In this document: piece by piece, positions 1 through 14,438 of the stretch
Layout: each line of letters starts with the position of its first letter
Numbering within the stretch: position 1 is the stretch's first letter
Source: Escherichia coli
GTDB taxonomy: Bacteria > Pseudomonadota > Gammaproteobacteria > Enterobacterales > Enterobacteriaceae
Strand: one strand, 5' to 3'
DNA length: 64,000 nucleotides
NCBI RefSeq assembly: GCF_016903815.1
Contig: NZ_CP069973.1
Program-made: the position numbers and the translations under genes
The notes under the pieces: generated by a model
What the model saw: the letters and a program-made list of their open reading frames with translations, nothing else
What the model was told of the DNA's origin: nothing
Database searches by the model: none

Positions 1-1
1 C

Positions 2-1444
<1,443 letters not shown>

Positions 1445-1458
1445 TGAAGAAATAGGTT

Positions 1459-2141
<683 letters not shown>

Positions 2142-3299
2142 TCAGGATGCGGGGATAACCAACGGTTTATTCCCGCTTAGCTCGGTCACCAGGTCATTGA
2201 TGCCATCGCTCATATTTTTAAAGCGCGTCAACGGCGAACGAGTGACCACCACAAACGCGCCAATATTCTTCTGCGGGATCATCGCCATATAGGTAATGAA
2301 ACCGCCACCACCACCTGTCTTCTGAATAATCCCCGGACGACCCTCTTTCGGGGCCATATATACCCAGCCTAAACCAAGCGCATCCGCTTTGCCGGGGACA
2401 TCCATGCCAATCACTTTCGTAAACTGCGCGCGCTGATAAATCAACGTCTGCATGCGATCAGCCTGGTTACTGCGCTGATAAAAATCGGATGACAAATACT
2501 GCTGCATCCAGCGCATCATATCGCCAGGCGTGGAATAGACGCCGCCGCTGCCAATTGCCGCCAGCGTGTTATTGCACGGACTGGCACCACGCTCAGCAAC
2601 CATTAAACGGCGGCACTGATCCGGCGAGGGGGTGTAGGTGGTGTCTTTCATCCCCAATGGACGGGTAATCTGCTCTTCAAACAACTGGGTATAAGGCTTG
2701 CCGGACGCATTCGCCAGTGCATCTGCCAGCAGATCGAATGCGAGGTTGGAGTACGCGGCCTGGCTGCCCGGCGCGGCTTTTAGTTTGGCAGTGGAAAGGT
2801 ATTTCCAGCGTTGCTCGCGCGTTGGCCAGACAAACACCGGACGATGTGCCGCGCCACCGGGCTGTTCACGGGGCAGGGCGCTGGTATGGGTTGCCAGATT
2901 GACCAGCGTAATGGGCGTCCCATTGTAGGTTGGCACGCGTGCGCCTGGCGGAGCATATTTACTTAGCGGATCGTTTAACTTCACGGTCCCCTGGTCGAGC
3001 AATTTCACCAGCATCTCACTGGTCATTAGCTTGGTGAGGGAAGCAATACGTATGACCGAATCCAGCTGCGGGCGAACGTTATTACCAGGTCGCGTTTCGC
3101 CATAACTGCGAAAGACGCGCTGGTTACCGTCGATAACAACCAGCGCCATCCCCGTGGCACCGCTGCCGTAAAAAATATGATCGGCATAACGATCGACAAT
3201 ATCAGAGGCGAACTCCGGTTCAGTGATCGGCTGCGCCGCATGGACGGAGGTCAATGACGCCGCACACAGCACGGCAGAAAAAAGCAGACTACGTTTCAA
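2142..3299 (-). CDS. ampH: penicillin-binding protein AmpH (class C beta-lactamase family)
   Basis: 385 aa, signal peptide, S-x-x-K active-site motif (ASLTK), synteny. Confidence 0.95.
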   Translation of the reverse strand: MKRSLLFSAVLCAASLTSVHAAQPITEPEFASDIVDRYADHIFYGSGATGMALVVIDGNQRVFRSYGETRPGNNVRPQLDSVIRIASLTKLMTSEMLVKLLDQGTVKLNDPLSKYAPPGARVPTYNGTPITLVNLATHTSALPREQPGGAAHRPVFVWPTREQRWKYLSTAKLKAAPGSQAAYSNLAFDLLADALANASGKPYTQLFEEQITRPLGMKDTTYTPSPDQCRRLMVAERGASPCNNTLAAIGSGGVYSTPGDMMRWMQQYLSSDFYQRSNQADRMQTLIYQRAQFTKVIGMDVPGKADALGLGWVYMAPKEGRPGIIQKTGGGGGFITYMAMIPQKNIGAFVVVTRSPLTRFKNMSDGINDLVTELSGNKPLVIPAS

Positions 3300-3650
3300 C
3301 GGTGGTGTCCATAGATTGAATGAAGGTAACTGAGCGTATTTATACTACTCATTGATGGATTGCAAAGGGCGAATTAGAGCAATAATAGTGTTAAAAACGT
3401 AACGGCGCGTAAACACGATCTTTTTCCTGCTCACCAATGCCTGCATTTGTGATCCTGCGCGTGTTAATCCGCTTATGTAAACAATCTTTGGTTTGTGAAA
3501 TCCGTCGAAACAATTTTTATGCTCAGGCTGGCGAACTAAGCGCCTTGCTATGGGTCACAATGGGCGGTTTCATTTGGCTGACTCTTTGTAGCGGTCATGC
3601 GGTTAATACACAGCAGTTGTTAAAACGATAAGAAGTTAGCAGGAGTGCAT

Positions 3651-4871
3651 ATGTTTAAGTCTTTTTTCCCAAAGCCGGGAACGTTTTTTCTCTCGGCCTT
3701 TGTTTGGGCATTGATTGCCGTTATCTTCTGGCAAGCAGGTGGGGGTGACTGGGTGGCGCGTATCACCGGAGCTTCCGGGCAGATCCCGATTAGCGCCGCG
3801 CGTTTCTGGTCGTTGGATTTTCTGATTTTTTACGCTTACTACATTGTTTGTGTAGGACTTTTTGCATTGTTCTGGTTTATCTACAGCCCGCATCGTTGGC
3901 AATACTGGTCAATACTCGGTACTGCACTGATCATCTTCGTCACCTGGTTTTTGGTGGAAGTCGGGGTCGCCGTCAACGCCTGGTATGCGCCGTTCTATGA
4001 TCTGATTCAAACCGCGCTAAGTTCGCCGCATAAAGTCACCATCGAACAATTTTACCGCGAAGTGGGCGTCTTTCTGGGGATTGCGCTGATCGCGGTAGTG
4101 ATCAGTGTGCTGAACAACTTCTTTGTCAGTCACTACGTGTTCCGCTGGCGTACGGCGATGAACGAATATTACATGGCGAACTGGCAACAACTGCGTCATA
4201 TCGAAGGTGCCGCCCAACGTGTGCAGGAAGATACCATGCGTTTTGCTTCAACGCTGGAGAATATGGGCGTCAGCTTTATCAACGCTATCATGACGTTGAT
4301 CGCCTTCCTGCCGGTGCTGGTAACGCTCTCCGCGCATGTGCCGGAGCTGCCGATTGTCGGGCACATTCCGTATGGCCTGGTGATTGCCGCTATCGTCTGG
4401 TCGCTAATGGGGACCGGATTGCTGGCAGTGGTAGGGATCAAACTGCCGGGGCTGGAGTTTAAAAACCAGCGTGTAGAGGCTGCCTACCGTAAAGAGCTGG
4501 TTTATGGTGAAGACGATGCCACGCGCGCGACGCCGCCTACGGTACGCGAGCTGTTTAGCGCCGTACGGAAAAACTATTTCCGCCTCTATTTTCACTATAT
4601 GTATTTCAACATCGCCCGCATTCTCTATTTGCAGGTCGATAACGTTTTCGGTTTGTTCTTGCTGTTTCCGTCAATTGTTGCCGGTACGATTACGCTCGGC
4701 CTGATGACGCAGATTACCAACGTTTTTGGTCAGGTTCGCGGAGCTTTCCAGTACCTGATTAACTCATGGACCACACTGGTTGAGTTGATGTCTATCTACA
4801 AACGTCTGCGCAGCTTTGAACATGAGCTGGATGGTGACAAAATTCAGGAAGTAACCCATACCTTGAGCTAA
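3651..4871 (+). CDS. sbmA: peptide antibiotic/microcin transporter SbmA
   Basis: Polytopic membrane protein starting [10 protein letters not shown] (second Met of the ORF), synteny. Confidence 0.95.
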   Translation: MFKSFFPKPGTFFLSAFVWALIAVIFWQAGGGDWVARITGASGQIPISAARFWSLDFLIFYAYYIVCVGLFALFWFIYSPHRWQYWSILGTALIIFVTWFLVEVGVAVNAWYAPFYDLIQTALSSPHKVTIEQFYREVGVFLGIALIAVVISVLNNFFVSHYVFRWRTAMNEYYMANWQQLRHIEGAAQRVQEDTMRFASTLENMGVSFINAIMTLIAFLPVLVTLSAHVPELPIVGHIPYGLVIAAIVWSLMGTGLLAVVGIKLPGLEFKNQRVEAAYRKELVYGEDDATRATPPTVRELFSAVRKNYFRLYFHYMYFNIARILYLQVDNVFGLFLLFPSIVAGTITLGLMTQITNVFGQVRGAFQYLINSWTTLVELMSIYKRLRSFEHELDGDKIQEVTHTLS

Positions 4872-4883
4872 AAAGGAGAAGTA

Positions 4884-5978
4884 ATGTCGCGCGTCAATCA
4901 TCTATCTTCGCTGTCATTGTTGGCGGTTCTGGTTTTAGCGGGGTGTAGTAGTCAGGCTCCGCAACCGTTGAAAAAGGGCGAAAAAGCGATAGATGTGGCG
5001 AGCGTCGTGCGGCAGAAGATGCCTGCGAGCGTGAAAGACCGCGATGCCTGGGCGAAAGATCTCGCCACCACGTTTGAAAGTCAGGGGCTGGCACCGACGC
5101 TGGAAAACGTCTGCTCGGTGCTGGCGGTGGCACAGCAGGAGTCAAATTATCAGGCAGATCCGGCCGTTCCGGGCTTAAGCAAGATCGCCTGGCAAGAGAT
5201 TGACCGTCGTGCTGAACGGATGCACATTCCTGCTTTTCTGGTGCATACCGCGCTAAAAATCAAATCGCCAAACGGCAAAAGCTATAGCGAACGGTTAGAT
5301 TCGGTGCGTACAGAAAAGCAATTGAGCGCGATTTTTGACGATCTGATCAGCATGGTGCCAATGGGGCAGACGTTGTTTGGTTCGCTTAATCCGGTGCGCA
5401 CCGGTGGGCCGATGCAGGTCAGCATTGCCTTTGCCGAACAGCATACCAAAGGGTATCCGTGGAAAATGGACGGTAAAGTCCGTCAGGAAGTCTTCAGTCG
5501 TCGCGGCGGGTTGTGGTTTGGTACTTACCATTTACTGAATTATCCCGCCAGCTATAGCGCGCCGATATACCGTTTTGCTGATTTTAACGCTGGCTGGTAC
5601 GCCAGCCGTAATGCCGCGTTTCAGAACGCGGTCAGTAAAGCCAGCGGCGTGAAGCTGGCACTGGACGGTGATTTAATTCGTTACGACAGTAAAGAGCCCG
5701 GGAAAACCGAACTGGCAACGCGCAAACTGGCGGGAAAACTGGGGATGAGTGACAGTGAAATTCGCCGCCAGTTAGAGAAAGGGGACAGCTTCTCTTTTGA
5801 GGAGACGGCGCTGTACAAGAAAGTTTATCAACTTGCCGAAGCGAAAACGGGTAAATCACTACCCCGCGAAATGTTGCCTGGCATTCAACTGGAAAGCCCG
5901 AAAATCACCCGCAACCTGACTACGGCCTGGTTTGCGAAGCGCGTAGACGAACGGCGGGCGCGTTGTATGAAACAGTGA
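4884..5978 (+). CDS. yaiW: lipoprotein YaiW
   Basis: 364 aa, lipobox (LAGC), 13 bp downstream of sbmA (operon). Confidence 0.9.
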   Translation: MSRVNHLSSLSLLAVLVLAGCSSQAPQPLKKGEKAIDVASVVRQKMPASVKDRDAWAKDLATTFESQGLAPTLENVCSVLAVAQQESNYQADPAVPGLSKIAWQEIDRRAERMHIPAFLVHTALKIKSPNGKSYSERLDSVRTEKQLSAIFDDLISMVPMGQTLFGSLNPVRTGGPMQVSIAFAEQHTKGYPWKMDGKVRQEVFSRRGGLWFGTYHLLNYPASYSAPIYRFADFNAGWYASRNAAFQNAVSKASGVKLALDGDLIRYDSKEPGKTELATRKLAGKLGMSDSEIRRQLEKGDSFSFEETALYKKVYQLAEAKTGKSLPREMLPGIQLESPKITRNLTTAWFAKRVDERRARCMKQ

Positions 5979-6035
5979 TCAAACAGGAATGTCATGCCAG
6001 ATAAAGCGTTTTAGGTCCTATCTGGCAAGTAAATC

Positions 6036-6344
6036 TTACTGGCGGCGATGTCGCCAGTGCAGCCATAGCGCCACTACTGCAAAAATGAGGCAGCCAACTA
6101 AAAACGGGATCAGCCCGAAAATGGTGCCGACACCTAAACCAATTTCCACCCGTGGGCGACCTGTTTCCTGGACCTGCATTAAACGCTCATAGACGCCGGG
6201 CGCATGCACTAGCAGGTTCAGCAATTGCGCCCCAGCCCAAAAGCAAAACAGCACAAACAACGCATAGGCAATATTGCCAGGCGTTGAAGAGGCATTGCGA
6301 TATTTTCCGCTAAACAGCGATTTTGACAGGGTGAAATCAGCCAT
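6036..6344 (-). CDS. yaiY: inner membrane protein YaiY
   Basis: 102 aa, two hydrophobic helices, synteny. Confidence 0.85.
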
Positions 6345-6603
6345 AAAAACCTCCGGAAGTCATCTGCTTCTCTTCTGGTGTGATACCAGCGGCTTATGGC
6401 AAGTCTGACAGGTCATTAAGATTGTCAATATCAGAATCATGGTAAATTGATGTTGGGAATATTCCCGAAGCGTGAATCTTCGTCGTAAGTCACAAAATGA
6501 CAACCTTAAGTTAAATTTATTAACAATTACGGAAATGTTGTCTACGCCACAGACGGATGTTGCAGAATATGCAAGGATGTTGTTTTTCGTTAACGGAGCT
6601 GCC

Positions 6604-6816
6604 ATGAACTTGCCTGTAAAAATCCGCCGTGACTGGCACTACTATGCGTTCGCCATTGGCCTTATATTCATTCTTAATGGCGTGGTGGGGTTACTGGGAT
6701 TTGAAGCAAAAGGTTGGCAGACCTATGCCGTCGGTCTGGTGACGTGGGTGATTAGTTTCTGGCTGGCGGGGCTGATTATTCGTCGTCGCGATGAAGAAAC
6801 TGAAAACGCCCAATAA
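6604..6816 (+). CDS. yaiZ: small membrane protein YaiZ
   Basis: 70-aa hydrophobic product from the internal ATG at 6604; the upstream extension of the ORF is unlikely to be translated. Confidence 0.7.
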   Translation: MNLPVKIRRDWHYYAFAIGLIFILNGVVGLLGFEAKGWQTYAVGLVTWVISFWLAGLIIRRRDEETENAQ

Positions 6817-6839
6817 GAATATTATCGGGCGTTTAAATA

Positions 6840-7934
6840 TTACATTGTGGTTTTCAATGCGTTATCCGCAGCGTGACGCTCCAGCGCCAGCTCAATCAAA
6901 CGGGTGATCAGGTCGGTGTAACCCAGACCGCTGGCTTGCCACAGCTTCGGATACATACTGATGTTGGTGAAGCCAGGCAGTGTGTTGATCTCGTTGATCA
7001 CCACTTCGTTCTCTGGGGTTAAAAACACGTCTACACGCGCCATGCCTGCGCATCCCAACGTCTGATAAGCCTGAACGGCAATCGCCCGGATCTTATCGTT
7101 GATTTCTGGCGCAATGGCTGCCGGAACTACCACTTTCGCGCCATCTTCGTCAATGTACTTGGTGTCGTAGGCATAAAAATCGCTGGTGAGTACGATCTCG
7201 CCACAGGTGCTGGCTTGCGGATTGTCGTTGCCCAGAACTGCGCATTCGATCTCACGACCTTTGATCCCTTGCTCAACGATCACTTTATGGTCGAACTCGA
7301 ACGCCAGATCGACGGCAATTGCGTACTGTTCTTCACTGGTTACTTTGCTGACACCAACAGAAGAGCCCTGATTAGCCGGTTTTACAAACAGCGGTAACCC
7401 CAGTTTAGACTCCACTTCGGCAAAACTGATGTTGTGACGATTAGCGCGCGTCAGGGTAATAAATGGCGCAATGTTCAGCCCGGCATCGCGCAGCAGACGT
7501 TTGGTGACATCTTTATCCATACAGGCCGCTGAAGCCAGAACATCAGAACCTACAAACGGTAAATTGGCGACCCGCAGCATTCCCTGCAAGGAACCATCTT
7601 CGCCCAGCGTACCGTGGACAATCGGGAAAATGACATCCACCGTCGGCAACGGCTGACCGTTTTGCGCGTCGATAAGCTGATGTTCATGTTTACCAGGCAC
7701 CTGCGCAAGGCTGGTCGCCGAAGGGCGCAACGCAATATGGGCAGGATCGTCTGCATTTAGCAGATAATTGCTGGCATCGCTGACGTGCCATTGCCCTTGT
7801 TTATCAATGCCCAGCAGCACAACGTCGAAGCGACTTTTATCAATGGCATCGACAATGTTTTTTGCCGATTGCAGAGACACTTCATGTTCCGCTGATTTAC
7901 CACCAAAAACGATTCCTACCCGCAGTTTTTCCAT
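6840..7934 (-). CDS. ddlA: D-alanine--D-alanine ligase A
   Basis: 364 aa, ATP-grasp fold sequence, starts [20 protein letters not shown]. Confidence 0.95.
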   Translation of the reverse strand: MEKLRVGIVFGGKSAEHEVSLQSAKNIVDAIDKSRFDVVLLGIDKQGQWHVSDASNYLLNADDPAHIALRPSATSLAQVPGKHEHQLIDAQNGQPLPTVDVIFPIVHGTLGEDGSLQGMLRVANLPFVGSDVLASAACMDKDVTKRLLRDAGLNIAPFITLTRANRHNISFAEVESKLGLPLFVKPANQGSSVGVSKVTSEEQYAIAVDLAFEFDHKVIVEQGIKGREIECAVLGNDNPQASTCGEIVLTSDFYAYDTKYIDEDGAKVVVPAAIAPEINDKIRAIAVQAYQTLGCAGMARVDVFLTPENEVVINEINTLPGFTNISMYPKLWQASGLGYTDLITRLIELALERHAADNALKTTM

Positions 7935-8396
7935 CTTAAAAACCTATCCCGTCTAACACAAAGTGCATACATTACCACGACAAAACGGGGGATTCGCGGC
8001 CTTCTGACAGAATGTTGCAATCTTCTGCTGACAAAGCGTGCAACGTACTGGTGAAGAAAGCGCGTTATCTCAATGATGTGCGCAAGATCACAAAAATGAT
8101 GAACGGGAAGCTAATTTATTCCTGGCTTGTATGGCCATGCAGTGAGTTTTTTTCTCTTAATTATAAGTTTACGAAGAGAATATATTTCATAACTTTTATT
8201 TATAATAAAGGTTGATAATTAAAAGCCTATATTTTGTGTGGGTAATTATTAAAATAAGAGAAACGTTTCGCTGGTAATCAAACAAAAAATATTTGCGCAA
8301 AGTATTTCCTTTGTCATAAAAATAATACTTCCAGACACTATGAAGTTGTGAAACATAATGTTAACTTCTCCATACTTTGGATAAGGAAATACAGAC

Positions 8397-8657
8397 ATGA
8401 AAAATCTCATTGCTGAGTTGTTATTTAAGCTTGCCCAAAAAGAAGAAGAGTCGAAAGAACTGTGCGCGCAGGTAGAAGCTTTGGAGATTATCGTCACTGC
8501 AATGCTTCGCAATATGGCGCAAAATGACCAACAAAGGTTGATTGATCAGGTAGAGGGGGCGCTGTACGAGGTAAAGCCCGATGCCAGCATTCCTGACGAC
8601 GATACGGAGCTGCTGCGCAATTATGTAAAGAAGTTATTGAAGCATCCTCGTCAGTAA
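8397..8657 (+). CDS. iraP: anti-adaptor protein IraP (RpoS stabiliser)
   Basis: 86 aa coiled-coil protein, synteny upstream of phoA. Confidence 0.9.
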   Translation: MKNLIAELLFKLAQKEEESKELCAQVEALEIIVTAMLRNMAQNDQQRLIDQVEGALYEVKPDASIPDDDTELLRNYVKKLLKHPRQ

Positions 8658-8677
8658 AAAGTTAATCTTTTCAACAG

Positions 8678-8695
8678 CTGTCATAAAGCTGTCAC
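8678..8695 (+). promoter_or_regulatory. Pho box (PhoB binding site) of the phoA promoter
   Basis: CTGTCATAAAGCTGTCAC matches the direct-repeat Pho box consensus; followed by TATAGT -10-like hexamer about 63 bp upstream of the phoA GTG. Confidence 0.8.
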
Positions 8696-8757
8696 GGCCG
8701 AGACTTATAGTCGCTTTGTTTTTATTTTTTAATGTATTTGTACATGGAGAAAATAAA

Positions 8758-10173
8758 GTGAAACAAAGCACTATTGCACTGGCACTCTTACCGTTACTGT
8801 TTACCCCTGTGACAAAAGCCCGGACACCAGAAATGCCTGTTCTGGAAAACCGGGCTGCTCAGGGAGATATTACTGCACCCGGCGGTGCTCGCCGCTTAAC
8901 GGGTGATCAGACCGCCGCTCTGCGTGATTCTCTTAGCGATAAACCCGCCAAAAATATTATTTTGCTGATTGGCGATGGGATGGGGGACTCGGAAATTACT
9001 GCTGCACGCAATTATGCCGAAGGTGCGGGCGGCTTTTTTAAAGGTATCGATGCATTACCGCTTACCGGGCAATACACTCACTATGCGCTGAATAAAAAAA
9101 CCGGTAAACCGGACTACGTCACCGACTCGGCTGCATCAGCAACCGCCTGGTCAACTGGTGTCAAAACCTATAACGGCGCGCTGGGCGTCGATATTCACGA
9201 AAAAGATCACCCAACGATTCTGGAAATGGCAAAAGCCGCAGGTCTGGCGACCGGTAACGTTTCTACCGCAGAGTTGCAGGATGCTACGCCCGCTGCGCTG
9301 GTGTCGCATGTGACCTCGCGCAAATGCTACGGTCCGAGCGTGACCAGTGAAAAATGTACGGGTAACGCTCTGGAAAAAGGCGGGAAAGGATCGATTACCG
9401 AACAGCTGCTTAACGCTCGTGCCGATGTTACGCTTGGCGGCGGCGCAAAAACCTTTGCTGAAACGGCAACCGCCGGTGAATGGCAGGGAAAAACGCTGCG
9501 TGAACAGGCACAGGCGCGTGGTTATCAGTTGGTGAGTGATGCTGCCTCGCTAAATGCGGTGACGGAAGCGAACCAGCAAAAACCCCTGCTAGGACTGTTT
9601 GCTGACGGCAATATGCCAGTGCGCTGGCTAGGACCGAAAGCAACGTACCACGGCAATATCGATAAGCCCGCAGTCACCTGTACGCCTAATCCGCAACGTA
9701 ATGACAGTGTACCGACCCTGGCGCAGATGACCGACAAAGCCATTGAATTGTTGAGTAAAAATGAGAAAGGCTTTTTCCTGCAAGTTGAAGGTGCATCCAT
9801 CGATAAACAGGATCACGCTGCGAATCCTTGTGGGCAAATTGGCGAGACGGTCGATCTCGATGAAGCCGTACAACGTGCGCTGGAATTCGCTAAAAAGGAT
9901 GGCAACACGCTGGTCATAGTCACCGCTGATCACGCCCACGCCAGCCAGATTGTCGCGGCGGACACCAAAGCGCCGGGCCTCACCCAGGCGCTAAATACCA
10001 AAGATGGCGCAGTGATGGTGATGAGTTACGGGAACTCCGAAGAGGATTCACAAGAACATACCGGCAGTCAGTTGCGTATTGCGGCGTATGGCCCACATGC
10101 TGCCAATGTCGTTGGACTGACCGACCAGACCGATCTCTTCTACACCATGAAAGCCGCCCTGGGGCTGAAATAA
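8758..10173 (+). CDS. phoA: alkaline phosphatase
   Basis: GTG start giving [21 protein letters not shown] signal peptide; 471 aa; active-site region DSAASAT. Confidence 0.97.
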   Translation: MKQSTIALALLPLLFTPVTKARTPEMPVLENRAAQGDITAPGGARRLTGDQTAALRDSLSDKPAKNIILLIGDGMGDSEITAARNYAEGAGGFFKGIDALPLTGQYTHYALNKKTGKPDYVTDSAASATAWSTGVKTYNGALGVDIHEKDHPTILEMAKAAGLATGNVSTAELQDATPAALVSHVTSRKCYGPSVTSEKCTGNALEKGGKGSITEQLLNARADVTLGGGAKTFAETATAGEWQGKTLREQAQARGYQLVSDAASLNAVTEANQQKPLLGLFADGNMPVRWLGPKATYHGNIDKPAVTCTPNPQRNDSVPTLAQMTDKAIELLSKNEKGFFLQVEGASIDKQDHAANPCGQIGETVDLDEAVQRALEFAKKDGNTLVIVTADHAHASQIVAADTKAPGLTQALNTKDGAVMVMSYGNSEEDSQEHTGSQLRIAAYGPHAANVVGLTDQTDLFYTMKAALGLK

Positions 10174-10291
10174 AACCGCGCCCGGCGGTGAATTTTCGCT
10201 GTCGGGTGGTTTTTTTGCTGTTAGCAACCAGACTTAATGGCAGATCACGGGCGCAAACGCTCATGGTTAAAACATGAAGAGGGATGGTGCT

Positions 10292-10612
10292 ATGAAAATA
10301 ACATTACTGGTTACCTTGCTTTTCGGACTGGTTTTTTTAACCACCGTCGGCGCTGCCGAGAGAACCTTAACCCCGCAACAACAGCGTATGACCTCCTGTA
10401 ATCAGCAGGCGACGGCGCAGGCGTTGAAAGGGGATGCTCATAAGACCTACATGAGTGATTGCCTGAAGAACAGCAAGTCTGCGCCTGGTGAAAAAAGTTT
10501 GACGCCACAGCAGCAAAAGATGCGCGAATGTAATAATCAAGCAACGCAACAATCTCTGAAAGGTGATGATCGTAATAAGTTTATGAGCGCCTGCCTCAAG
10601 AAAGCCGCCTGA
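10292..10612 (+). CDS. psiF: phosphate starvation-inducible protein PsiF
   Basis: 106 aa, signal peptide, two internal repeats (LTPQQQ.M..CN.QAT), downstream of phoA. Confidence 0.9.
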   Translation: MKITLLVTLLFGLVFLTTVGAAERTLTPQQQRMTSCNQQATAQALKGDAHKTYMSDCLKNSKSAPGEKSLTPQQQKMRECNNQATQQSLKGDDRNKFMSACLKKAA

Positions 10613-10713
10613 TATCTGATAGTGCTAACGGGTGAGCTACGAAAATGGCTCACCCGAAATTTCATACTTCTGCCTTTAGCCCCGTCTCTATAATTTGGGA
10701 AAATTGTTTCTGA

Positions 10714-11829
10714 ATGTTCCCAAAAATAATGAATGATGAAAACTTTTTCAAAAAAGCGGCGGCGCATGGGGAGGAACCTCCTTTAACTCCTCAAAACGAT
10801 CATCAGCGATCCGGGCTGCGCTTCGCCCGTCGCGTCAGACTACCCCGCGCGGTTGGCCTGGCTGGCATGTTCTTACCGATTGCTTCAACGCTGGTTTCGC
10901 ACCCGCCGCCGGGCTGGTGGTGGCTGGTGTTGGTCGGCTGGGCGTTCGTCTGGCCGCATTTAGCCTGGCAGATAGCGAGCAGGGCCGTCGATCCGCTTAG
11001 CCGGGAAATTTACAACTTAAAAACCGATGCAGTATTAGCGGGAATGTGGGTAGGCGTAATGGGCGTAAACGTGCTGCCTTCCACCGCGATGTTGATGATT
11101 ATGTGTCTGAATTTGATGGGGGCAGGCGGCCCCCGTCTGTTTGTCGCGGGTCTGGTGTTGATGGTGGTTTCCTGCCTTGTCACCCTCGAACTGACGGGCA
11201 TCACCGTGTCGTTCAATAGTGCGCCGCTGGAATGGTGGCTCTCCCTTCCCATTATCGTCATTTATCCTCTGCTGTTTGGCTGGGTCAGCTACCAGACGGC
11301 GACTAAACTGGCGGAACATAAACGCAGGTTGCAGGTCATGAGTACCCGCGACGGTATGACGGGCGTGTATAACCGACGTCATTGGGAAACTATGTTACGC
11401 AATGAATTTGATAACTGTCGGCGGCATAACCGCGATGCGACATTACTGATTATCGATATCGACCATTTCAAGAGCATCAACGATACCTGGGGCCATGATG
11501 TGGGCGATGAAGCGATTGTGGCGCTTACCCGACAGTTACAAATAACCCTGCGCGGTAGCGATGTGATTGGTCGGTTTGGCGGCGATGAGTTTGCGGTAAT
11601 CATGTCCGGTACGCCAGCTGAGAGCGCCATTACCGCCATGTTACGAGTGCATGAAGGGCTAAATACATTACGTCTGCCGAATACGCCACAGGTAACTTTA
11701 CGGATTAGTGTGGGGGTTGCGCCGCTGAACCCACAAATGAGTCACTATCGTGAGTGGTTGAAATCGGCAGATTTGGCGCTTTACAAAGCAAAGAAAGCCG
11801 GACGTAACCGCACCGAAGTGGCGGCCTGA
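10714..11829 (+). CDS. dgcC: diguanylate cyclase DgcC (AdrA/YaiC)
   Basis: N-terminal MASE2-like membrane domain plus GGDEF domain (RFGGDEF). Confidence 0.92.
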   Translation: MFPKIMNDENFFKKAAAHGEEPPLTPQNDHQRSGLRFARRVRLPRAVGLAGMFLPIASTLVSHPPPGWWWLVLVGWAFVWPHLAWQIASRAVDPLSREIYNLKTDAVLAGMWVGVMGVNVLPSTAMLMIMCLNLMGAGGPRLFVAGLVLMVVSCLVTLELTGITVSFNSAPLEWWLSLPIIVIYPLLFGWVSYQTATKLAEHKRRLQVMSTRDGMTGVYNRRHWETMLRNEFDNCRRHNRDATLLIIDIDHFKSINDTWGHDVGDEAIVALTRQLQITLRGSDVIGRFGGDEFAVIMSGTPAESAITAMLRVHEGLNTLRLPNTPQVTLRISVGVAPLNPQMSHYREWLKSADLALYKAKKAGRNRTEVAA

Positions 11830-11845
11830 CGTCCGGCAAAAGTCA

Positions 11846-12655
11846 TCAGGATTTACTGAGTTTTTCTGATTTTTCCATACACTTCGTCATCGCTTCGATC
11901 ACTGCGGCACGGAAGCCTTTCTCTTCCAGTACGCGTACCGCCTCAATGGTGGTGCCTCCCGGTGAGCAGACCATATCTTTCAGTGCCCCCGGATGTTCTC
12001 CCGTTTCCAGCACCATTTTTGCGGAACCCATTACCGCCTGAGCGGCAAATTTATACGCCTGGGCGCGAGGCATCCCGCCCAGCACGGCGGCGTCGGCCAT
12101 CGCTTCGATAAACATAAAGACGTAGGCTGGGGAAGAACCGCTCACACCGACCACCGGGTGGATCATCGGCTCGGCAATTACTTCCGCTTCGCCAAAGCAG
12201 CGGAAAATATTCAGCACATCAGCGGTATCTTCTGGGGTTACCAGCGCGTTTGGCGTTACGGAGGTCATCCCTGCATTAACCAGCGCGGGAGTGTTCGGCA
12301 TGGCGCGGATAATTTTCCGGTCATGGCCCAGCGCACGGGCAAGCTGGTCGAGCGTGACACCTGCTGCAATAGAAACGACCAGAGAGTCTTTATTCAGGCT
12401 GGAGGTGATTTCGCTAAGCACTTTAATCATGATGCCTGGTTTAACGGCGGCAAAAATGATGTCAGCGATTTGCGCCACTTCTTGCGCCGATTCTGCGGCG
12501 TTGATGCCGAACTGGTCATGCAGGGCGGCGACTTTATCCGGGGAGGGGGTATATACCCAGATTTGCCCTGGAAGCACCTGACCGCTGGCAATCAGACCGC
12601 CGAGAATGGCTTTTCCCATATTGCCGCAGCCAATAAAACCGATTTTCTTTTCCAT
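11846..12655 (-). CDS. proC: pyrroline-5-carboxylate reductase
   Basis: 269 aa from [14 protein letters not shown] (Rossmann GxGxxG); the longer ORF in the track is an upstream extension. Confidence 0.95.
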   Translation of the reverse strand: MEKKIGFIGCGNMGKAILGGLIASGQVLPGQIWVYTPSPDKVAALHDQFGINAAESAQEVAQIADIIFAAVKPGIMIKVLSEITSSLNKDSLVVSIAAGVTLDQLARALGHDRKIIRAMPNTPALVNAGMTSVTPNALVTPEDTADVLNIFRCFGEAEVIAEPMIHPVVGVSGSSPAYVFMFIEAMADAAVLGGMPRAQAYKFAAQAVMGSAKMVLETGEHPGALKDMVCSPGGTTIEAVRVLEEKGFRAAVIEAMTKCMEKSEKLSKS

Positions 12656-12774
12656 TGCCTCACTCCTGCCGTGAAATTCATTGTTTTGATAATCGCTGGC
12701 AGAAGCATAAACAGAACTATGCCGGAAGGCAAAAGCGCGACACAATAGAGAATTACCCAACAAAGGATGACTTT

Positions 12775-13233
12775 ATGACAATTTGGGTGGATGCCGACGC
12801 GTGTCCCAATGTAATTAAAGAGATTTTGTATCGCGCGGCTGAACGTATGCAGATGCCGCTGGTACTGGTAGCAAACCAGAGTTTACGCGTACCGCCTTCG
12901 CGATTTATTCGAACGCTGCGCGTCGCGGCAGGTTTCGACGTTGCCGATAACGAAATTGTCCGGCAGTGTGAAGCTGGCGATTTGGTGATCACCGCAGATA
13001 TTCCTTTGGCTGCTGAAGCCATCGAGAAAGGCGCGGCGGCGCTTAATCCACGCGGCGAACGTTACACGCCAGCGACCATTCGTGAGCGCCTGACGATGCG
13101 CGATTTTATGGATACCTTACGCGCCAGTGGGATCCAGACCGGGGGACCAGATAGCCTTTCACAACGTGACCGCCAGGCCTTTGCCGCGGAGCTGGAGAAG
13201 TGGTGGCTGGAAGTGCAACGTAGTCGTGGCTGA
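12775..13233 (+). CDS. yaiI: UPF0178 protein YaiI
   Basis: 152 aa from [12 protein letters not shown]; synteny. Confidence 0.85.
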   Translation: MTIWVDADACPNVIKEILYRAAERMQMPLVLVANQSLRVPPSRFIRTLRVAAGFDVADNEIVRQCEAGDLVITADIPLAAEAIEKGAAALNPRGERYTPATIRERLTMRDFMDTLRASGIQTGGPDSLSQRDRQAFAAELEKWWLEVQRSRG

Positions 13234-13234
13234 A

Positions 13235-13252
13235 TGTAATTTATTATTTACA
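13235..13252 (+). promoter_or_regulatory. TyrR box upstream of aroL
   Basis: TGTAAT-N6-TTTACA palindrome matching the TyrR box consensus TGTAAA-N6-TTTACA. Confidence 0.65.
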
Positions 13253-13310
13253 CTTCATTCTTGAAAATTTATTGGTATAGTAAGGGATGTATTAAAATTT
13301 TCACTTTAAG

Positions 13311-13346
13311 TGGAATTTTTTCTTTACAATCGAAATTGTACTAGTT
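13311..13346 (+). promoter_or_regulatory. second TyrR-like box plus TrpR operator half-site in the aroL promoter
   Basis: TGGAAT-N6-TTTACA followed by GTACTAGTT (Trp repressor operator core). Confidence 0.55.
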
Positions 13347-13415
13347 TGATGGTATGATCGCTACTCTCATGACACCGGCTTTCGCCGCATTGCGACCTAT
13401 TGGGGAAAACCCACG

Positions 13416-13940
13416 ATGACACAACCTCTTTTTCTGATCGGGCCTCGGGGCTGTGGTAAAACAACGGTCGGAATGGCTCTTGCCGATTCGCTTAACCGTC
13501 GGTTTGTCGATACCGACCAGTGGTTGCAATCACAGCTCAATATGACGGTCGCGGAGATCGTCGAAAGGGAAGAGTGGGCGGGATTCCGCGCCAGAGAAAC
13601 GGCGGCGCTGGAAGCGGTAACTGCGCCATCCACCGTTATCGCCACGGGCGGCGGCATTATTCTGACGGAATTTAATCGTCACTTTATGCAAAATAACGGG
13701 ATCGTGGTTTATTTGTGTGCGCCAGTATCAGTCCTGGTTAACCGACTGCAAGCTGCACCGGAAGAAGATTTACGGCCAACCTTAACGGGGAAACCGCTGA
13801 GCGAAGAAGTTCAGGAAGTGCTGGAAGAACGCGATGCGCTATATCGCGAAGTTGCGCATATTATCATCGACGCAACAAACGAACCAAGCCAGGTGATTTC
13901 TGAAATTCGCAGTGCCCTGGCACAGACGATCAATTGTTGA
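13416..13940 (+). CDS. aroL: shikimate kinase II
   Basis: 174 aa, P-loop GPRGCGKTT. Confidence 0.96.
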
Positions 13941-13980
13941 TTTTCGAGCGCCTATACTTAACGTTCATCCCGTGAAATAA

Positions 13981-14181
<201 letters not shown>

Positions 14182-14438
14182 CCGCATCAGACTGCTCGGA
14201 AGGGATTCTGAGTGCCACCACAAGGGATCTGCGTCACATTTTTCACAATTCATGTTTTTCAAATAATTAGAATATTAAACAATAACAATCCATTACTGGA
14301 ATCATTTGGAATCTTTACATTATGCCGTGCAGGTCTGCTGCTACGCTTTTTGTCATTTGTAGCACAGGTAAGTGTCAGCAGTGGTGCTTAGCGCTTGCCC
14401 GGTAATTAACGACGAAATAAAAGTAAGGTGGAAGAACA

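Noticed and set aside
3437-3631. 64-aa ORF in the ampH–sbmA intergenic region
   Set aside because: No RBS, no conservation signal; more likely the sbmA promoter/5' UTR.
7935-8396. AT-rich 460-bp ddlA–iraP intergenic region with small ORFs (8012..8215, 8249..8512)
   Set aside because: The ORFs lack RBSs and have low-complexity products; the region is more plausibly the iraP promoter/regulatory region than foreign DNA.
8716-8757. Upstream extension of phoA from an ATG at 8716
   Set aside because: The extension lacks the signal peptide; the GTG at 8758 gives the canonical signal peptide start, and the Pho box/-10 sit immediately upstream.
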